Shown: positions 1 through 14,407, counted from the first letter of the stretch. The stretch is DNA of 64,000 bases from Octopus vulgaris (GCA_951406725.2 OX597826.1:36456001-36520000); one strand, 5' to 3'. Program-made: numbers and translations. The notes: generated from the letters alone by a model not told the origin.

Positions 1-147
1 ATGTATATACGTATATATACGTACATATATGATATATACCCTCTCACTTCTGCCACTAGCTGGCGTATACAGGTGCTTACACTTATCAAGTATTCACCCT
101 AAATTTGCAGTACCATGTATACATACATATATGCATATATACATACA

Positions 148-183
<36 letters not shown>

Positions 184-215
184 CATACATGCATACATAC
201 ACACATATATATATA

Positions 216-700
216 TTAATAGTAATGGTAAGACAACAAATGAATGAATGAAACCTTGATATTATGTAGATAGAGGAATTTATCTGTAGTATAATATGTG
301 AGAGTTATTTGGTCGCCATAATAAAACTCAGAGTTTTGGATATTGGGGTGGAAATCTGCTCCAGCATCTCATCAGTTATTCAGACAAACAAGAATGCTAA
401 TGAAAATGACCGTTAAACATAGGGAAATTACTATGAAGATGACTATTATTAAGTCAAACAAAAGAGCTATTAGAATGACCGTTAAATAAAGGGAAATAAT
501 CTTTGATTTTCTATATAAATGAAGATATTTCCTCCATCTGGCTGCTTTTCTTTCAGCAAAATGAGAAGTTACATTGCAGAACTGTTATTTTAATGAGTTG
601 TGTTTATTTATCACCTGATGAGACACATCTACACTGCCAGATGCTCCTGAACCAGTTGTTGAATGTCCCATCCATGAAGGATTGATGCTATATGTGCTAA
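216..700. mobile_element. Degenerate short Penelope-associated element(s) between (TA)n tracts, carrying HHR-like motifs
   Basis: Non-microsatellite block flanked by TA repeats. 283-355 resembles the foldback element at 56636-56760. Internal repeat AATGACCGTTAAA..AGGGAAAT at about 405 and 474. Confidence 0.5.
320..380 (-). ncRNA. Degenerate type I hammerhead ribozyme
   Basis: Minus strand: AATAA CTGATGA GATGCTGG..CCAATATC C AAAA CTCTGAG TT TTATT. Stem I AATAA/TTATT, CUGAUGA intact, GAAA mutated to AAAA, stem III CTC/GAG, GUU site. Confidence 0.6.
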
Positions 701-1668
701 GCGAGCAGGCCAATATATATATATATCATTATCATCATCATCATTGTTTAACGTCCTCTTTCTATGCTGGCATGGGTTGGACTATTTGACATGGAGTTGG
801 CCAGCCAGAGAGCTTTCCAAATTTCAACTGTCTGTTGTGGCATGGTTTCTATGGCTGGATGCTGGGTGCTTTTTACGAACCAACAATGTTGGTATCGATT
901 TCATTATATTGGTTTCAAATTTTGGCACAAGGCCAACAATTGTGGGAAAGTGCAAGGAAGTCAATTACATTTTATTGACCTAGAAAGGTTGAAAGGCAAA
1001 GTCAACCCCAGCAGCATTTGAACTCAGTATGCAAAGTTGGAAGAAATGTGACTAACCATTTTTTGGTGTGTGCTAATGATTCAGCATTGGATTTTGTTGT
1101 GTCAAAAATGAAAAAATAAGCTTGATGCTTTTTTTTCTAAATTAAAGTCTGATTCATAAAATGTGAGCCGTTCTTATTCAATTTTTATAGTTCATCCACA
1201 GATGAAAATGAAAGAGTGACACCCCGCCACCACCACCAGCACCACCACTACCACTGGCTGATGATAAGACACACAACAGCAGTGATGTTGTTAGGACTTT
1301 GTTTTTAAAATTAGGGTCAGTCTCTCGGTTCTTCCTTTTGCCATGTAGTTGCAGTCTATAAGAACTGTCAGTGACCTTAAAACATTTTGAGGAATGAATA
1401 ATTGAACTAAATTTAAATAGATGCAATATTATACAAAATATACATACATAAATACATATATTATTATTATTATTATTATTATTATTACTGTTTTTGTTGT
1501 TGTTCTTATCATTATTACTGTTGTTGCTGTTATGATTATTACAGTTTTGTTGTTGTAGTTGTTGTTGGTGTTGATATTATTATTATTATTGTTGTTGTTG
1601 CTATTATCTGTATTACTGTTGTTGCTGTTATCATTATTGCTGTTTTGTTGTTGAAACTGTTGCTGTTG

Positions 1669-1702
<34 letters not shown>

Positions 1703-2552
1703 CATTATTATTATTACTATAACAAGGTTTTAGACTTATTGATAGAAATTTTGAATTCTTACTTTATTTGTTCTATCTTATTCTTGATTTCTTTTTTTCT
1801 TTTTTCTTTTATTCTATCTGCACCCCCTCCTCTTTGCTTCCGTTTTCCTTATTTCCATAAATTAAAATAATGCATTATGTAAAGTTGAACGATTGATAAT
1901 CTTCATGCATGAAATCTTGATGGTGTTATAATGCTTGAGTAAGGAACAGAATAATAGAATATATTATTTTCAAACAGAAAAAAAAAAAGAATAAAAGCAG
2001 AAAAAAAAGAAAGAGCTAACCTAACCAGAATCAGCCAATCCTGGCACCTTTTCGCTCTTCTTACAATTTAAACTACAGACATATGTTCTCTGATCACTTA
2101 TATCAACTTGCATTAGTGCATTAACAATAATATATTTGCATAAATGTTCTATATATTGTTTACAGAAAGCACAAACCAAAATATTTAGTGTGTATGTTAA
2201 AAGAAGCAATGAAAATAAAATAAAATAAAAAAAAAAGAGATATTAATGAGTTTCATGATGGTCTTGGCACAAATTGGTTTCAGCAAATATTTTACATATG
2301 GAAATACAATGTTCCTGACCTACCATCATCATGTCCAATGCCGATACCGCTACCATCACCACTGACACCATTGCTACCGCTGCCAACATCGCCACCATCA
2401 TTACCATTACCAGTTCGCCCCTCTTCATCTGCTGCCCAACAAATATTAACAAATGGTAATTCCACTTATCATTGATTTTATTCTGCAGACAGAAAGTATG
2501 AAATTTAGAAGGAAACCGAACTGAAGTTTTATAGTAGGTAGTTGTTCATTTC

Positions 2553-2830
2553 TTAAGGATATAAGTGGCACACATGAAGAAAAGAAATGCTGTTATACTG
2601 CTTATTCATTTATCAAGCACATAAGTGGCAAATATGAGGTGAAGAAATGTTACACTATCAATTTATATTTAAGGATATAAGTGGCATTTAAGAAGTGAAG
2701 AAAAATTATTACAGCATTGAATAATTTTTTTAGAGCATAAGTGGTATATACGGAGAAAAGAAATGCTATTGCACCATTTATTCATTTCTCAAGGACATAA
2801 GTGGCATATATCTAGTGCAGAGAAAGTGTT
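2553..2830 (+). repeat. Degenerate minisatellite, about 59-bp unit, 5 copies
   Basis: ATAAGTGG recurs at about 2561, 2621, 2677, 2737 and 2797, each followed by a similar ...AAGAAATG... tract. Confidence 0.8.
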
Positions 2831-2839
2831 ACAATAAAT

Positions 2840-3020
2840 AGCACCCACTACACTCTCAGAGTGGTTGGCATTAGGAAAGGCATCCAGCTGTACAAACTTT
2901 GCCAGAACAGATTGGAGGCTAGTGGTGTCTCCTGGCTTGCCAGTCCTCAGTCAAACCATCAAGCTCATGTCAGCATGGAAAACGGACGTTATACGATGAT
3001 GATTATGATGATGATGATGA
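2840..3020 (+). mobile_element. SINE 3' part (Meta-domain-like, RTE-type tail)
   Basis: GAGTGGTTGGCATTAGGAAAGGCATCCAGCTG ... CATGGAAAACGGACGTT followed by a (GAT)n tail. Many related copies in the window. Confidence 0.75.
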
Positions 3021-6000
3021 TATATATATTTCAAAAATGTAACTCCACGTGGACTGTTGGCCCTTTTACCCCCTTTACTTCCTTTTCTTTTGGACTTTCC
3101 TATGTCTCCTGTTTCCAAAGAAGAGCTATGCTTGAAATGTAAAACAACCACTCTTTTCTTTCTTTGAGTGTCTTATTAATACTTTATATATACTACATCC
3201 TCATATTATTTTCTTTTGCTTGTCTTTTCTCCGTTTTTTTTTATTATTAATTATATATATATTCCTTTGTCTTTATGTTATCACACTTTCTTTCCACTTC
3301 ATAAATGCCAAATATCTCCTTGAGAAATGGATAAATATTAAAAAAAAAAGTATTTTTTCTACTACCTTAATGCCACTCACGTCTTTGAGAAATTAATGAG
3401 TATTGTGATAGCATATATATTTACTCAAAAGCAACTATACACACACACATGGATGTATATAAACATCTGCCCCTTTGAAAGTTTACAGAGCAATCATTAT
3501 CCTTATCATCACAATCAACATCCTCCTCCTTCTCCTACCACTCATCCAGTCCTCTCCATATCTCTAAGCCCTTCCCCCCACTCCTACCCTTCCCTTGCAA
3601 CAGTCCTTTTGTCATTTCCTTTATATACCTCACCCTCTGTGATATATTGAAGTAATTATGAAATCCTTGTGATGCCAGATAACTTTCAGATTTTGAAAAA
3701 TGCCTATCAATGAATTACTTTCATTAATTTTTCAATATTAATTAAGCTAAAACGATATTATTAGATTTTAAATGAATTATAAAGTTAATTATTACAGTTG
3801 TGAATTAATTTGTTTTCTTCATTAATTTTGGCCACATATAAGCAATACATTTATAGTTGCTATTGTTGTTTTTTCACTGCATTTGTTGTTATTGTTGTTG
3901 TTGTTGTCCTTGTATACCTGTATGTTACCCATGAGTGAGCAGACCCTTCATCAAAGTTTTAACAACTAAACCCATCCTGTCTTTCTATATATCCGTGAAT
4001 ATATTACCACATTTCTCTTCTGACTCTAAAAGCAGCGCTATGTGATTTTAGGGAGATTTGGCTGGTATTTCTAGCAGTTCGAATGAACCATTTAGAAGCA
4101 CACACAGTCTCTCTTCAGTTTAATTTTCATCTGTAGATGCTGAATTGGTGTATAAGCATTAAAAAAACCCAGTCATTACCCATGAGCAATAATAGATTTG
4201 GTAACTTGTACAAAGCTTCATCATCATTATCTTATATCAGCTTTCCATGCTGGTATGAGCTGGACATGTTACCACAGTTGAAGTCAACACGTATTCAAGG
4301 GCACTGATCCCCTTGTCGGGCTGGAATGAAAGAATCACAGTCACATCATATTTTTGGCTGGATCAAATGCTGTTCCTAACATCAACCAATTTACAAAGTT
4401 GACTAAGAGATTCTTTCATGTCACCAACCTAAGAGAAGTTGCCATATCTGTAAAGCAAGCAAAATCTATTTTATTGTCCTATAGTTGCAACAGCTGTGGA
4501 CTTTACACAACAGTTCAATCAACCAGAAATAACAATTGTATTATATATAAATCTTACCTTTATCATCGTCATCATTATCATTATTATCATCATCATCGTC
4601 ATCATCATCATTTAACATCCGTTCAACATGCTGGCATGGGTTGGACAGTTCAACAAGCGCTAGCCAACTGAAGAGCCACCCAGATTCCATTTGTCTGATT
4701 TCTTACTTAATGTCTTGAATAAGAAACTGAAACTCTTTTGAAATAGGTTGCTTACCTGTGGAATACCTTTGCTCATCAATATATTTGATCAGCATTAAAC
4801 AAAACTAACTACAAAGCGGTCATCATTTTCATCATTATCATTTAGTGTCCATCTCCCAATCTGGCATCGGCTGGACACTGTGACTGAATCCAACATGCCA
4901 AGGACTCCCATCAGCTCCAGTGTCTACTTTGGCGTGGTTTCTTCAGCTGGTTGCCCTTTCTATCCCCAACTACTTTACATAGTGTCCTGAGAACATTTTA
5001 TTTCGAGATACCAATGCTGGTGACATTACCAAATAGCTTGCAAGACAAATGAAAATGACACCTTGGTTGAGTGGGGTTGTAACAGAAAGGGAGGTGGCTT
5101 TACACCAGGTGTTGAGTAGCTAAAGTATGATAGAGGGACAGGAACAGGGGTCTTGCTATGGAAGAGAAACACAACTCATGATACAAGATGATGAGTATAA
5201 GAGAGAGAACAGACAAAGAATTAGGAAAGGTGGAGATGGATAAGTCCATCAGAATGCGAGAGAAAACTGATAAATGGTAGAGATGGTGGAGTAGATTGAA
5301 TGGAACAAGGGTGGAGATGTAGTCAATGGTAAATCTGAAAATGATTGTGAAAGGTGAAAGAATAGGAATGGTTGAGGAAGGAAGAAGTGGTGAGTGATAG
5401 TACAGGAAAAGCAGTCTTGTTTTATAAAAATTTACAGATTTGTGGAAATGAAAACAATTCTATTCTGTTCTTTTATAATCAACTGGCAAATACTTGAACC
5501 ATTTGTCAAAACTGAAATCTATTAACTCATTAACTCTCAACGATATGAAACCTTATCTTTTGGCAGACATCATTGGCTCTGAAATAGAGAATTCCTTGTC
5601 TTGCTATGATTAACTTAAATGTCTGCAGATAAGAATTCTATAACCAACTCAAGACAGATGGAATCATAGACAAACATTTTAGAGTATTTTAGATATACAA
5701 CATTTTATATACACATCATTTTATAGACATAACATTTTAGATGTATAGAATATAAGATATTAACCATTTTAGTTATGTAACATTTTAAATACATAACAAA
5801 GTGATAATCAATATCTGGACTTTGTTTAGTCTCTGGGAATTAATTGCATGGTTAAGAAGTTTGCTTCCCAACCACATGGTCTCAGGTTCAATCACACTGT
5901 GTAGCACTTTGTGCAAGTGTTTTATGCTAAAGCTGTTGGCCAATCAAATGCTTTGAATAGAATTGGTAAATGGAAACTAAAACAGGTGTGTTTGGATGTG

Positions 6001-6112
6001 TGCATGTATACACATATACATTTACGTATACATATATTTGCATGTGTGTGCATATATATATATATATAGGCACACATATATATCTTACCGTTTTTACCAA
6101 TATATATATATA

Positions 6113-6527
6113 GGCACAGGAGTGGCTGTGTGGTAAGTAGCTTGCTTACCAACCACATGGTTCCAGGTTCAGTCCCACTGCGTGGCATCTTGGGCAAGTG
6201 TCTTCTACTATTCTACTATAGCCTCGGGGCAACCAAAGCCTTGTGAGTGGATTTGGTAAACAGAAACTGAAAGAAGCCCGTCGTATATATGTATATATAT
6301 ATGTGTGCGTGTGTGTTTCTGTGTCTGTGTTTGTCCCCCTAGCATTGCTTGACAACCGATGCTCGTGTGTTTATGTCCCCGTCACTTAGCGGTTCGACAA
6401 AAGAGACCGATAGAATAAGTACTGGGCTTACAAAGAATAAGTCCTGGGGTCGAGTTGCTCGACTAAAGGTGGTGCTCTAGCATGGCCACAGTCAACTGAC
6501 TGAAACAAGTAAAAGAGAAAAGAGAAA
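6113..6527 (+). mobile_element. Full-length tRNA-derived CORE-like SINE (family A)
   Basis: Pol III A box TGGCTGTGTGGT and B box GGTTCAGTCCC, CORE-like CTTGGGCAAGTGTCTTC, internal TA/TG microsatellite, tail GACTGAAACAAGTAAAAGAG. Near-identical copies at 40476, 41919, 45396 and on the minus strand. Confidence 0.85.
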
Positions 6528-6779
6528 GATATATATATATATATATATGTATATATGTGTGTATGTGTGTGTATATTTATGAATGAATGAACAATTGTTT
6601 CTAATTTAGGGGAAGGCCTGAAATTTAGTAGAAGAGGATGGCTGATTATATCAATGCCAGTACTTCACTGGTACTTATTTTATGGATCCCCCAAAAATAA
6701 AAAACAAAGTCAACCTCAGCAGAAATTGAACTCAGAATATATTATTATTATAATTATAATAATAATAATTATTATTATT

Positions 6780-7315
6780 ATTGAGTGAGAGAGTTGTGCA
6801 TGTTTTCAAAGTGACGCTGGGGTAGAATATACAAAGCCCTGTATACCATTATGACTACCTGTCTGATAAGGGTACACCAAGCACATGTATCACAACCACA
6901 TGTGAAAAATATGGTGATCGCATATCAAGATAATGCATGACCTTGCAGGTGGGGCCCAGTTAGAATTTTCTTTGGGTCGAGTTCGCCCATCCTACTCAAA
7001 AGGTCCCTGAATAAGGGTTGTTTAAGGATGTTGAATGAAACTGTCATGTTTCCCGAGGTGAAATATTCAAACCCCCAAAGAATCCCTCTCAACACATGGC
7101 TATTACGCTCTCCCATTACTTCTGCTCATGATAAGAGATGCACATATCGTCACCCACTAAGGGACATGCTCAAATGGTTAAGGTCAAACAACTGACAAGC
7201 AAATCTATGGTATTGAGCAGAATATTTGCTGTAGTCCATCTTTTCTACCAAGACAAGACAATGTACATGATAGCACGTTCAGTCAGTTAAGATCAGAAGC
7301 CATCAGAGCCATCAA
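6780..7315. repeat. Probable interspersed repeat, class undetermined
   Basis: About 530-bp higher-complexity block bounded by (ATT)n tracts, with no convincing ORF. Resembles a common octopus repeat from memory only. Confidence 0.4.
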
Positions 7316-7378
7316 TTGCATCAATTGGTAATGCATCAATTATTGTTATTATCATTAATATTATTATTGTTGTTGTTG

Positions 7379-7452
<74 letters not shown>

Positions 7453-7454
7453 GA

Positions 7455-7682
7455 AGACGGCAAGCTGGCAGAATCGTTTGCTTAGTGAACAAAATACTTT
7501 GTGGTATTTTGCTCGCCGTAACATTCTGAGTTCAAATTCTGCCAAGGTTGACTTTGCTTTTGGGATCATCCTTTCTTGCTTTCGGGGTTTGATAAATTAA
7601 GTACCAATCAAGTACTGGATTCGATGCAATCGACTATCCCTTTCCCCAAATTTCAGGCCTTGTACCTATAGTAGAGAGGATT
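7455..7682 (+). mobile_element. tRNA-derived SINE (family B, Nin-domain-like)
   Basis: GGCAAGCTGGCAGAA..TTCTGAGTTCAAATTCTGCCAAGGTTGACTTTGC..GATAAATTAAGTACC..CTGGATTCGATGCAATCGAC, ending in (ATT)n. Related copies at about 10450, 10770, 11565, 26245, 26690(-), 28280(-), 32330, 43735(-), 62210. Confidence 0.75.
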
Positions 7683-7686
7683 ATTA

Positions 7687-7724
<38 letters not shown>

Positions 7725-7813
7725 GTTTTTTTAATTTTTTTTTATTATTATTATCATCATTATTACTATTATTATTATGATTATTATTATTATTATTATT
7801 AGTAGTAGTAGTT

Positions 7814-7880
<67 letters not shown>

Positions 7881-8248
7881 TAGTGGTTGCAGAAGCAGCA
7901 GCAGCAGCAGTAGTAGTAGTAGTTGTAGTAGTAGTTGTAGCAGCAGCAGTAGCATAGAGTTGAATAGTTTAAGAGAGGTATTGATGATGGTCATGCTGGA
8001 AGAAGTAAATTTACTTGTTATAAAACTTAAAGCTGATTGGTGGAGATGAGGGTGGATGGATGGATGGATGGAGAATGTAGGAAATGATGGAATAAGTAAA
8101 TTGCAATGTTTGGTTTTATGAGGAAATAAAATTAAGCAAAACTACAAAATCCTAAATATATAATTAAATATATATCAGTGTTAGCATGGAAAAGCTATCA
8201 AATGTAAGTAACAGAATATTACTCACTTGCAGCGCTATCGATGATAAT

Positions 8249-8293
<45 letters not shown>

Positions 8294-8407
8294 CTAGATT
8301 TATGTATGTGTATGTGTGTGTATATAAAGAGAGAAAGAGTGAGATTGGTGGATAGATAAACGTATATATGTACATATATATATATATATGTATATATATA
8401 TAAATAC

Positions 8408-8440
<33 letters not shown>

Positions 8441-8570
8441 CTACATACATTCATATCTATAGATGTATGTATGTTAATATAAAAATATATTAATATATAC
8501 TTCTATATAAACATACATAAACATATATTCATATGTATATATGTGTGTGTGAGTGTGTATGTGTTTGTGC

Positions 8571-8623
<53 letters not shown>

Positions 8624-8806
8624 ATGATTGAGAGAGATAGGTGATAAATATACATATATACGTACATACATATGTATGTATATGTATATGTATATATATA
8701 TACATATACATACATACATATATAAATATATGTATGTATGTTAATATTGAAACATATTCACATATATATATACTTCTATAAAAACATACACACACAAATA
8801 TACATA

Positions 8807-8850
<44 letters not shown>

Positions 8851-9076
8851 CGTGCACGCATGTGTAGTTTGCCACTAACAGCGCTAACTTTAGAAATAAT
8901 GTAAAAGACAAACATGATCAGTAATATACACCAGAATGTTATTCAATCATCATCGTCATCATCATCATCCTCACCATCATCATCATCATCATCATCATCA
9001 TCATGAACATCATCATCATCATGAACATCATCATCATCATCATCATCACCACCATCACCACCATCATCATCACCAC

Positions 9077-9139
<63 letters not shown>

Positions 9140-9375
9140 TATTCAAATAGAATCTAGTGTTTCAAAAAAACAAAAAGGAAAGAAAAGAAAGGTGATAAAG
9201 TGAAGACAAACATTGATTAGTTATTAAGATAACCGTTCTCTCTATAAGAGGCAGTGGATTGGTGAAAGTGTTAGAATATCCGTCTATGTGGATCATTATA
9301 TTCTGAGATCAAATCTTGCCTACTTTTACTTTGTCCCACATACTTCTAGATCAATAAATTTTATATAAATATATG

Positions 9376-9445
<70 letters not shown>

Positions 9446-9448
9446 TAT

Positions 9449-10040
9449 ATACGGGGTTTGATCAACAGGTATCTGAACTGTTACCATAGTAACAAAGGTA
9501 AAGCATGCAGTGTGAAGCCACATGGCAAAAGTTGACTTTGAAGTCTGATGTGCATGTGCACTAAGTTTTAACATTCTAGCTCACTTCCGCTGTTTACAGC
9601 AGTGCTTGGAAGGAACGTGTCTAGCATGTGGTCATCACATTGACCATGAACATGCTTCAAATTTTGCCCAAACATGGCGTTCCCTGCTCAAACGCAAAGT
9701 TGCAGAAAGTGTATGGAGAGAAGTGTATGAGTCAAAAAAATGTCAATTATGATGAACATTCTGAGAAACCTGTAACCAACAGAACTGAGAAAAACATTGC
9801 AGATATACATGCATCTGTGAGAGGAAATCATCGCATCACCATCCTTGAGTTATCAGAGAATGTGCAGATCAATTACGGTTCAGTTCAGTCCATTATCACT
9901 GAAGATTTGGGTATGAGATGTGCGTCTGCCAGGTTTGGACCAAAACTACTTTTCAACTGACCAGAAGGACATTCGGGTTTCAGTTGCACAAGAGATCCTT
10001 GATTGTGTTAAGAACAATGAAAACTATTTGAAAACTTTGA
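9449..10040 (+). mobile_element. Degenerate mariner (Tc1/mariner) transposon, left end and N-terminal transposase
   Basis: Begins TA-CGGGGTTTGATCAA (TIR-like). ORF 9628-9960 contains RITILELSENVQINYGSVQSIITEDLGMRCASARFGPKLL (second HTH plus WVPxxL-like motif) and continues after a frameshift with STDQKDIRVSVAQEIL. Confidence 0.85.
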
Positions 10041-10347
10041 ATATGAACCATGGACAAGATATCTCAAGAACCGCTGGATGGATATGGATGAAACTTTCAG
10101 GAATGTTTGTCCTCATGACTGTCATAAAATGATTAGATTTTGGGATCGATCTGGTACCGGACAAACGTTTTCCCTGTTTTTTTTTTTTACTTAAATTTTT
10201 AAGAGGCAACAGGTTCATTTTTAGTATTCTCGTTTATGAGAGCAATAGAGTTTATTTCAGATATTCAGATTTTAAAAATCCTCTCTGGCTAATTGTTAAG
10301 AGGATGTTAATGTTGCTTTGGCAGGGGTTTGTGCTCTCCGAGTGCTC

Positions 10348-10350
<3 letters not shown>
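10040..10350 (+). mobile_element. Non-autonomous Helentron/HINE-like element fragment
   Basis: GATATCTCAAGAACCGCTGGATGGAT..ATGAAACTT and 3' end GGCAGGGGTTTGTGCTCTCCGAGTGCTCT resemble rolling-circle non-autonomous element ends (by recall). Confidence 0.45.
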
Positions 10351-10402
<52 letters not shown>

Positions 10403-10704
10403 CATTGTTATTATTATTATTATTATCATCATTATTATTATTATTATAAGGTGGTGATCACTAGCATTGTTGGGTGAGCTGCTTTGTGGCATTTCACCAG
10501 TTTTTACATTCTGAGTTCAAGTTTTGCCAAGGTCGACTTTTCCTTTCATCCTTATGGGGTTAACAAATCAAATATCAGTGAAACACTAGGGTTGATGTAA
10601 TCAACCAATCCACTCTCACATAATTTCAGGCCGTGTGCCTTTAGTAAAAAGGATTATTATTATTATTACTATTATTATTATCATTATTATTATTATTCTT
10701 ATTC

Positions 10705-10747
<43 letters not shown>

Positions 10748-11130
10748 GGTTCTCATTAAGGGGTCACACAGGCAGACTTGTTATCACTCTAGATAAAACA
10801 CTTAGTGGCATTTTTGTTTGTCCCTCCTTGCTGAGTTCAAATGATGCTAAGGTTGACTTGTCTTTCATCCTTCTAGGGTTGATAAAATAAGTACCAGTTA
10901 TGCACTGGGGTTGATGTAATCGACTTAATCCCTTCCACCAAATATGAAGCCTTGTGCTTCCAGTAGATAGGATTATTTGTAGTAGTAGTAGTAGTAGTAG
11001 CTGTATTTGTAGTAGTAGTAGTAGTAGTAGAAGCAGCAGCAGCAGTAGTATTAGTAGTAGTAGTGTTAGTAGTAGTAGTAGTAGTAGTAGTTGTAGAACC
11101 AACAGCAGTAGCAGCAACAGCAGCAGTAGC

Positions 11131-11167
<37 letters not shown>

Positions 11168-12602
11168 TCATCATTATCATCATCATCATCCTATTCCCCT
11201 TCTTTCTCCTGTCATCCTCATCATCTCTATTTATCTATTTTGTTTCCAACTACCGTTTAATTGCTTTTTAGAGTAAAACGAAGTTAATTAGATAAATTAC
11301 CAAAAATATATTTGCAACAGAGAAAAATAACAAATTATTTTTTTAAAAATAAATAAAAAAAACACATAACTTTTAACTAAGTAAGTAATTAGTTGTGTGT
11401 TAGTCCTAAGATGTTTCTTGTCAGACTGGACTAACGAAGTTAATTGACTGACTTAATGTCAAGTTTATACCACTTGTACAAGAAGTATTTTATGGATTCT
11501 TAAGAAGAAATTGGTAAACATTGGAATAATTTAAGAATATTATTAGCTAAGGAACAGGGAATTAGCTGGCCAATTCATCACCATGCGGGTCGAAGAGCTT
11601 AGCAGCATTTTGTCTGACTTTACGTACTGAGTTCAAATGCTACTAGGGTCGATTTTGCCTTTCATCCTGTTGGGGTCAATAGAATAAGTACCTTTTAAAT
11701 GCTAGGATTGAGGTAATCAACTCACCCCACCACCCCCAAATTTTTGACCTTGTGCTAAAATTTGAAGCCAATATTAGCTAAGGGATTTGACTTAAATGGG
11801 ACCAAACCCACATATTTGAGCAAATATGGCAACGTCTGTTACAATGCATTCCTGATCTTGCATCACATAATTTCCTTTTATCCAATTTCACCCACAAGGA
11901 TTGAATGAAAGCAAGATTATTATAAAAGACTCTTGACAAAAATGCTCTGCTGTGGATTTGAACCTGCCACCTTGAGATTGAAAAGTGAACTACTTTATAA
12001 CTTAACTGTACTTACGTCAAGTAATAAAAGAAAAAAGAAAACCAAAAGTAAAGCAATGAAGTTACATAATATCATTTATAAAGCATGAAATTATTGCTGC
12101 CTTTTCTGTGCTATTGCAGGAAGATTACAGTCTTTGATTCCTCTTTGCAAGAATTGCTTTAAGACCAATCTAATCAGAATATGTGACAATAGTGACTTCA
12201 ATACAAGAACAGACTCTTAATTACTTTGGAAAATAAAAACACAATCCTTGTATCAAAGAGTGAAAATTTGATTTGTTACAAAGAGTTAGACATGTTATTT
12301 CATTTAGAAAAAGAAAATGGTTTGGAAAGAGAAAGAAACAGATATAATTATAAAGTGACTTGTAAAGTGTTTTGCAAATATACAACTTTAAGATTACAAA
12401 CTGTGAGCACAGTAATGAAACCATAATGTGAAGATTTATGGGGTGTAGAAAAAACGATGTTTGAGTTTCCTTGGTGCTGAGTTCAATTCCTGTTAATGTA
12501 CATTTTATCTTTTGTTTCTTGTTTTTTTGGGGTTTTTTTTTTGGTAGCCAACAATAAATTTTTTCCTCCTGTTACATTCAATCACTCAGTAACTTACTTA
12601 AG

Positions 12603-12633
<31 letters not shown>

Positions 12634-13045
12634 CCCTCTCTCCTCCTTTCAGTCACGGTAGTGTTTTAGCCTTTCCAAGTTGCAAGGTGACCCTAGCAGT
12701 GTTGGTGTTAACAAAAAAATGGAAGCAGCTTACTCTGTGAAGTGGTTGATGTCAGGAAGGTCATCCATGTCCCAAAAATAAGACACTGGAGCTTCACATG
12801 ATCCTCTAACACATGGAATTCTGTGGAACTGTCCAATCAATGCATGATAGCACCAAAGGTGGCCACAAAAAAATGGAAGCCCATCATTGTGATGACAACG
12901 AAATGTCATTGTGGCATAAATTGAAGGATAAAATATGACAGGAATAATTTTTGCATTACAAGCAGTGTGTGTTTTGTCTGCCTTTTGTTATCTTTTGCAA
13001 AGCATTATCTTGATAGCTATAGCTAATTCTAAGATCACAGAGAGA

Positions 13046-13109
<64 letters not shown>

Positions 13110-13471
13110 GAGAGCAGGTGGGGAGAAAGAAAAAAAGAAAAGAATTGCCACCAGAACTTGAATGGTATTTTGTTGATTCAGAGGATGAAAAATAAATTTA
13201 ACCTCCCAAGGTATGATTTGAACTCAGACCAGAAAGTCTTAGTACAAATACTGTATGGCTTTCTATCCAACAACCTAACAATTCCAGAAATATGTTGTTT
13301 CAGTGTAGGCCTAGATGTCTCTAAAAGAGCCATGGCAGAAATTTCTTTGAGCATAGATCTGTTTGATTAAGGTTTTATCTGGGACTAAACAACGCAAACA
13401 ACAATTACAACAACGAAAGAACATTATGCCTTGGTTTAAAAAAGAAAATCAATCCTTTGTCTTTGATTTAC

Positions 13472-13606
13472 CTTAGCCATGATGGCAACGGCCATAATGG
13501 AGCAACACATTTGTAAAGTGAAGTGAAGAAGAAAGAGATAAAAGATGACCGGAATGATATTCCAAGCCACATTTGCATAGGAGTCTCGTAGAAAGAGAGT
13601 AAATGT
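13472..13606 (-). CDS. Candidate internal exon, 45 aa, hydrophobic; resembles pore helix plus S6 of a voltage-gated cation channel
   Basis: Acceptor ..ttctacaacaatAG, donor AAG|GTAAAT, 135 nt, phase 0-0, open frame TFTLFLRDSYANVAWNIIPVIFYLFLLHFTLQMCCSIMAVAIMAK. Compare Nav FRLMTQDxWENL..LAVVAMAY. Confidence 0.45.
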
Positions 13607-13936
13607 CTATTGTTGTAGAATAAACCAGATTAACCTGATATCTATGGTCAAATGATAATTTGGGAGAATAAAAAACTGTTGCAAGGAACGAGTTTTCTAA
13701 ACGATTAACGATGCACTGACTATGAAGCAATTCTGTTAGACTGACTGTCTGCATAGATTTACTTGCATTGCACTCTCTTTCTTTCTCTTCTATCTTTTAC
13801 CCTTTCTCTTTTTATCTACATATTTATATATTATCTATCTGTTTATCACCCATTTTTCTCTCTGCCTCCTTTTCTTTCTTGCTCTCTATTTGTATCTATC
13901 TAATCACCTAATCTATTTTTGTACATACGCATATAT

Positions 13937-13973
<37 letters not shown>

Positions 13974-14291
13974 ACACACATATGTATGTATGCATGTACA
14001 TAGAAAAATACGTGGGATGGATGCATGTGTGTGTACTTGAGTTTCTGCATGTGTGCATGCACACACACACATGCACACATGCATATCCATGAACAACTAT
14101 CTTCTACTGAAGTCACAGGCTGACCAACAGTTCCTGAGCAAAATTTTCTTGATGGAAACTGTGCAGAAACCTGTAGGGAATATGTGCACACATTATTTAC
14201 GTCTCTATATCTATCTCTGTAGCGTGTACACACACACACACATATGTTTTTCATATATATATTTGTGTGTGTAAATATATATGTATATAGA

Positions 14292-14325
<34 letters not shown>

Positions 14326-14407
14326 ATAACAAAATAATAAATAAAACATATGCATATATACATACATATATGTACGTACCTATATCTATATGTATATATA
14401 CATGCAT

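Noticed and set aside
610-665. Plus-strand CTGATGA with CATCT/AGATG hairpin as an HHR
   Set aside because: GAAA and stem I are not convincingly present.
5430-5580. Minus-strand terminal exon candidate (..LIDFSFDKWFKYLPVDYKRTE*)
   Set aside because: All frames from the acceptor hit stops, and I recognised no homology.
8936-9157. Poly-His ORF as a metal-binding peptide
   Set aside because: Pure (CAT)n microsatellite, open in several frames on both strands.
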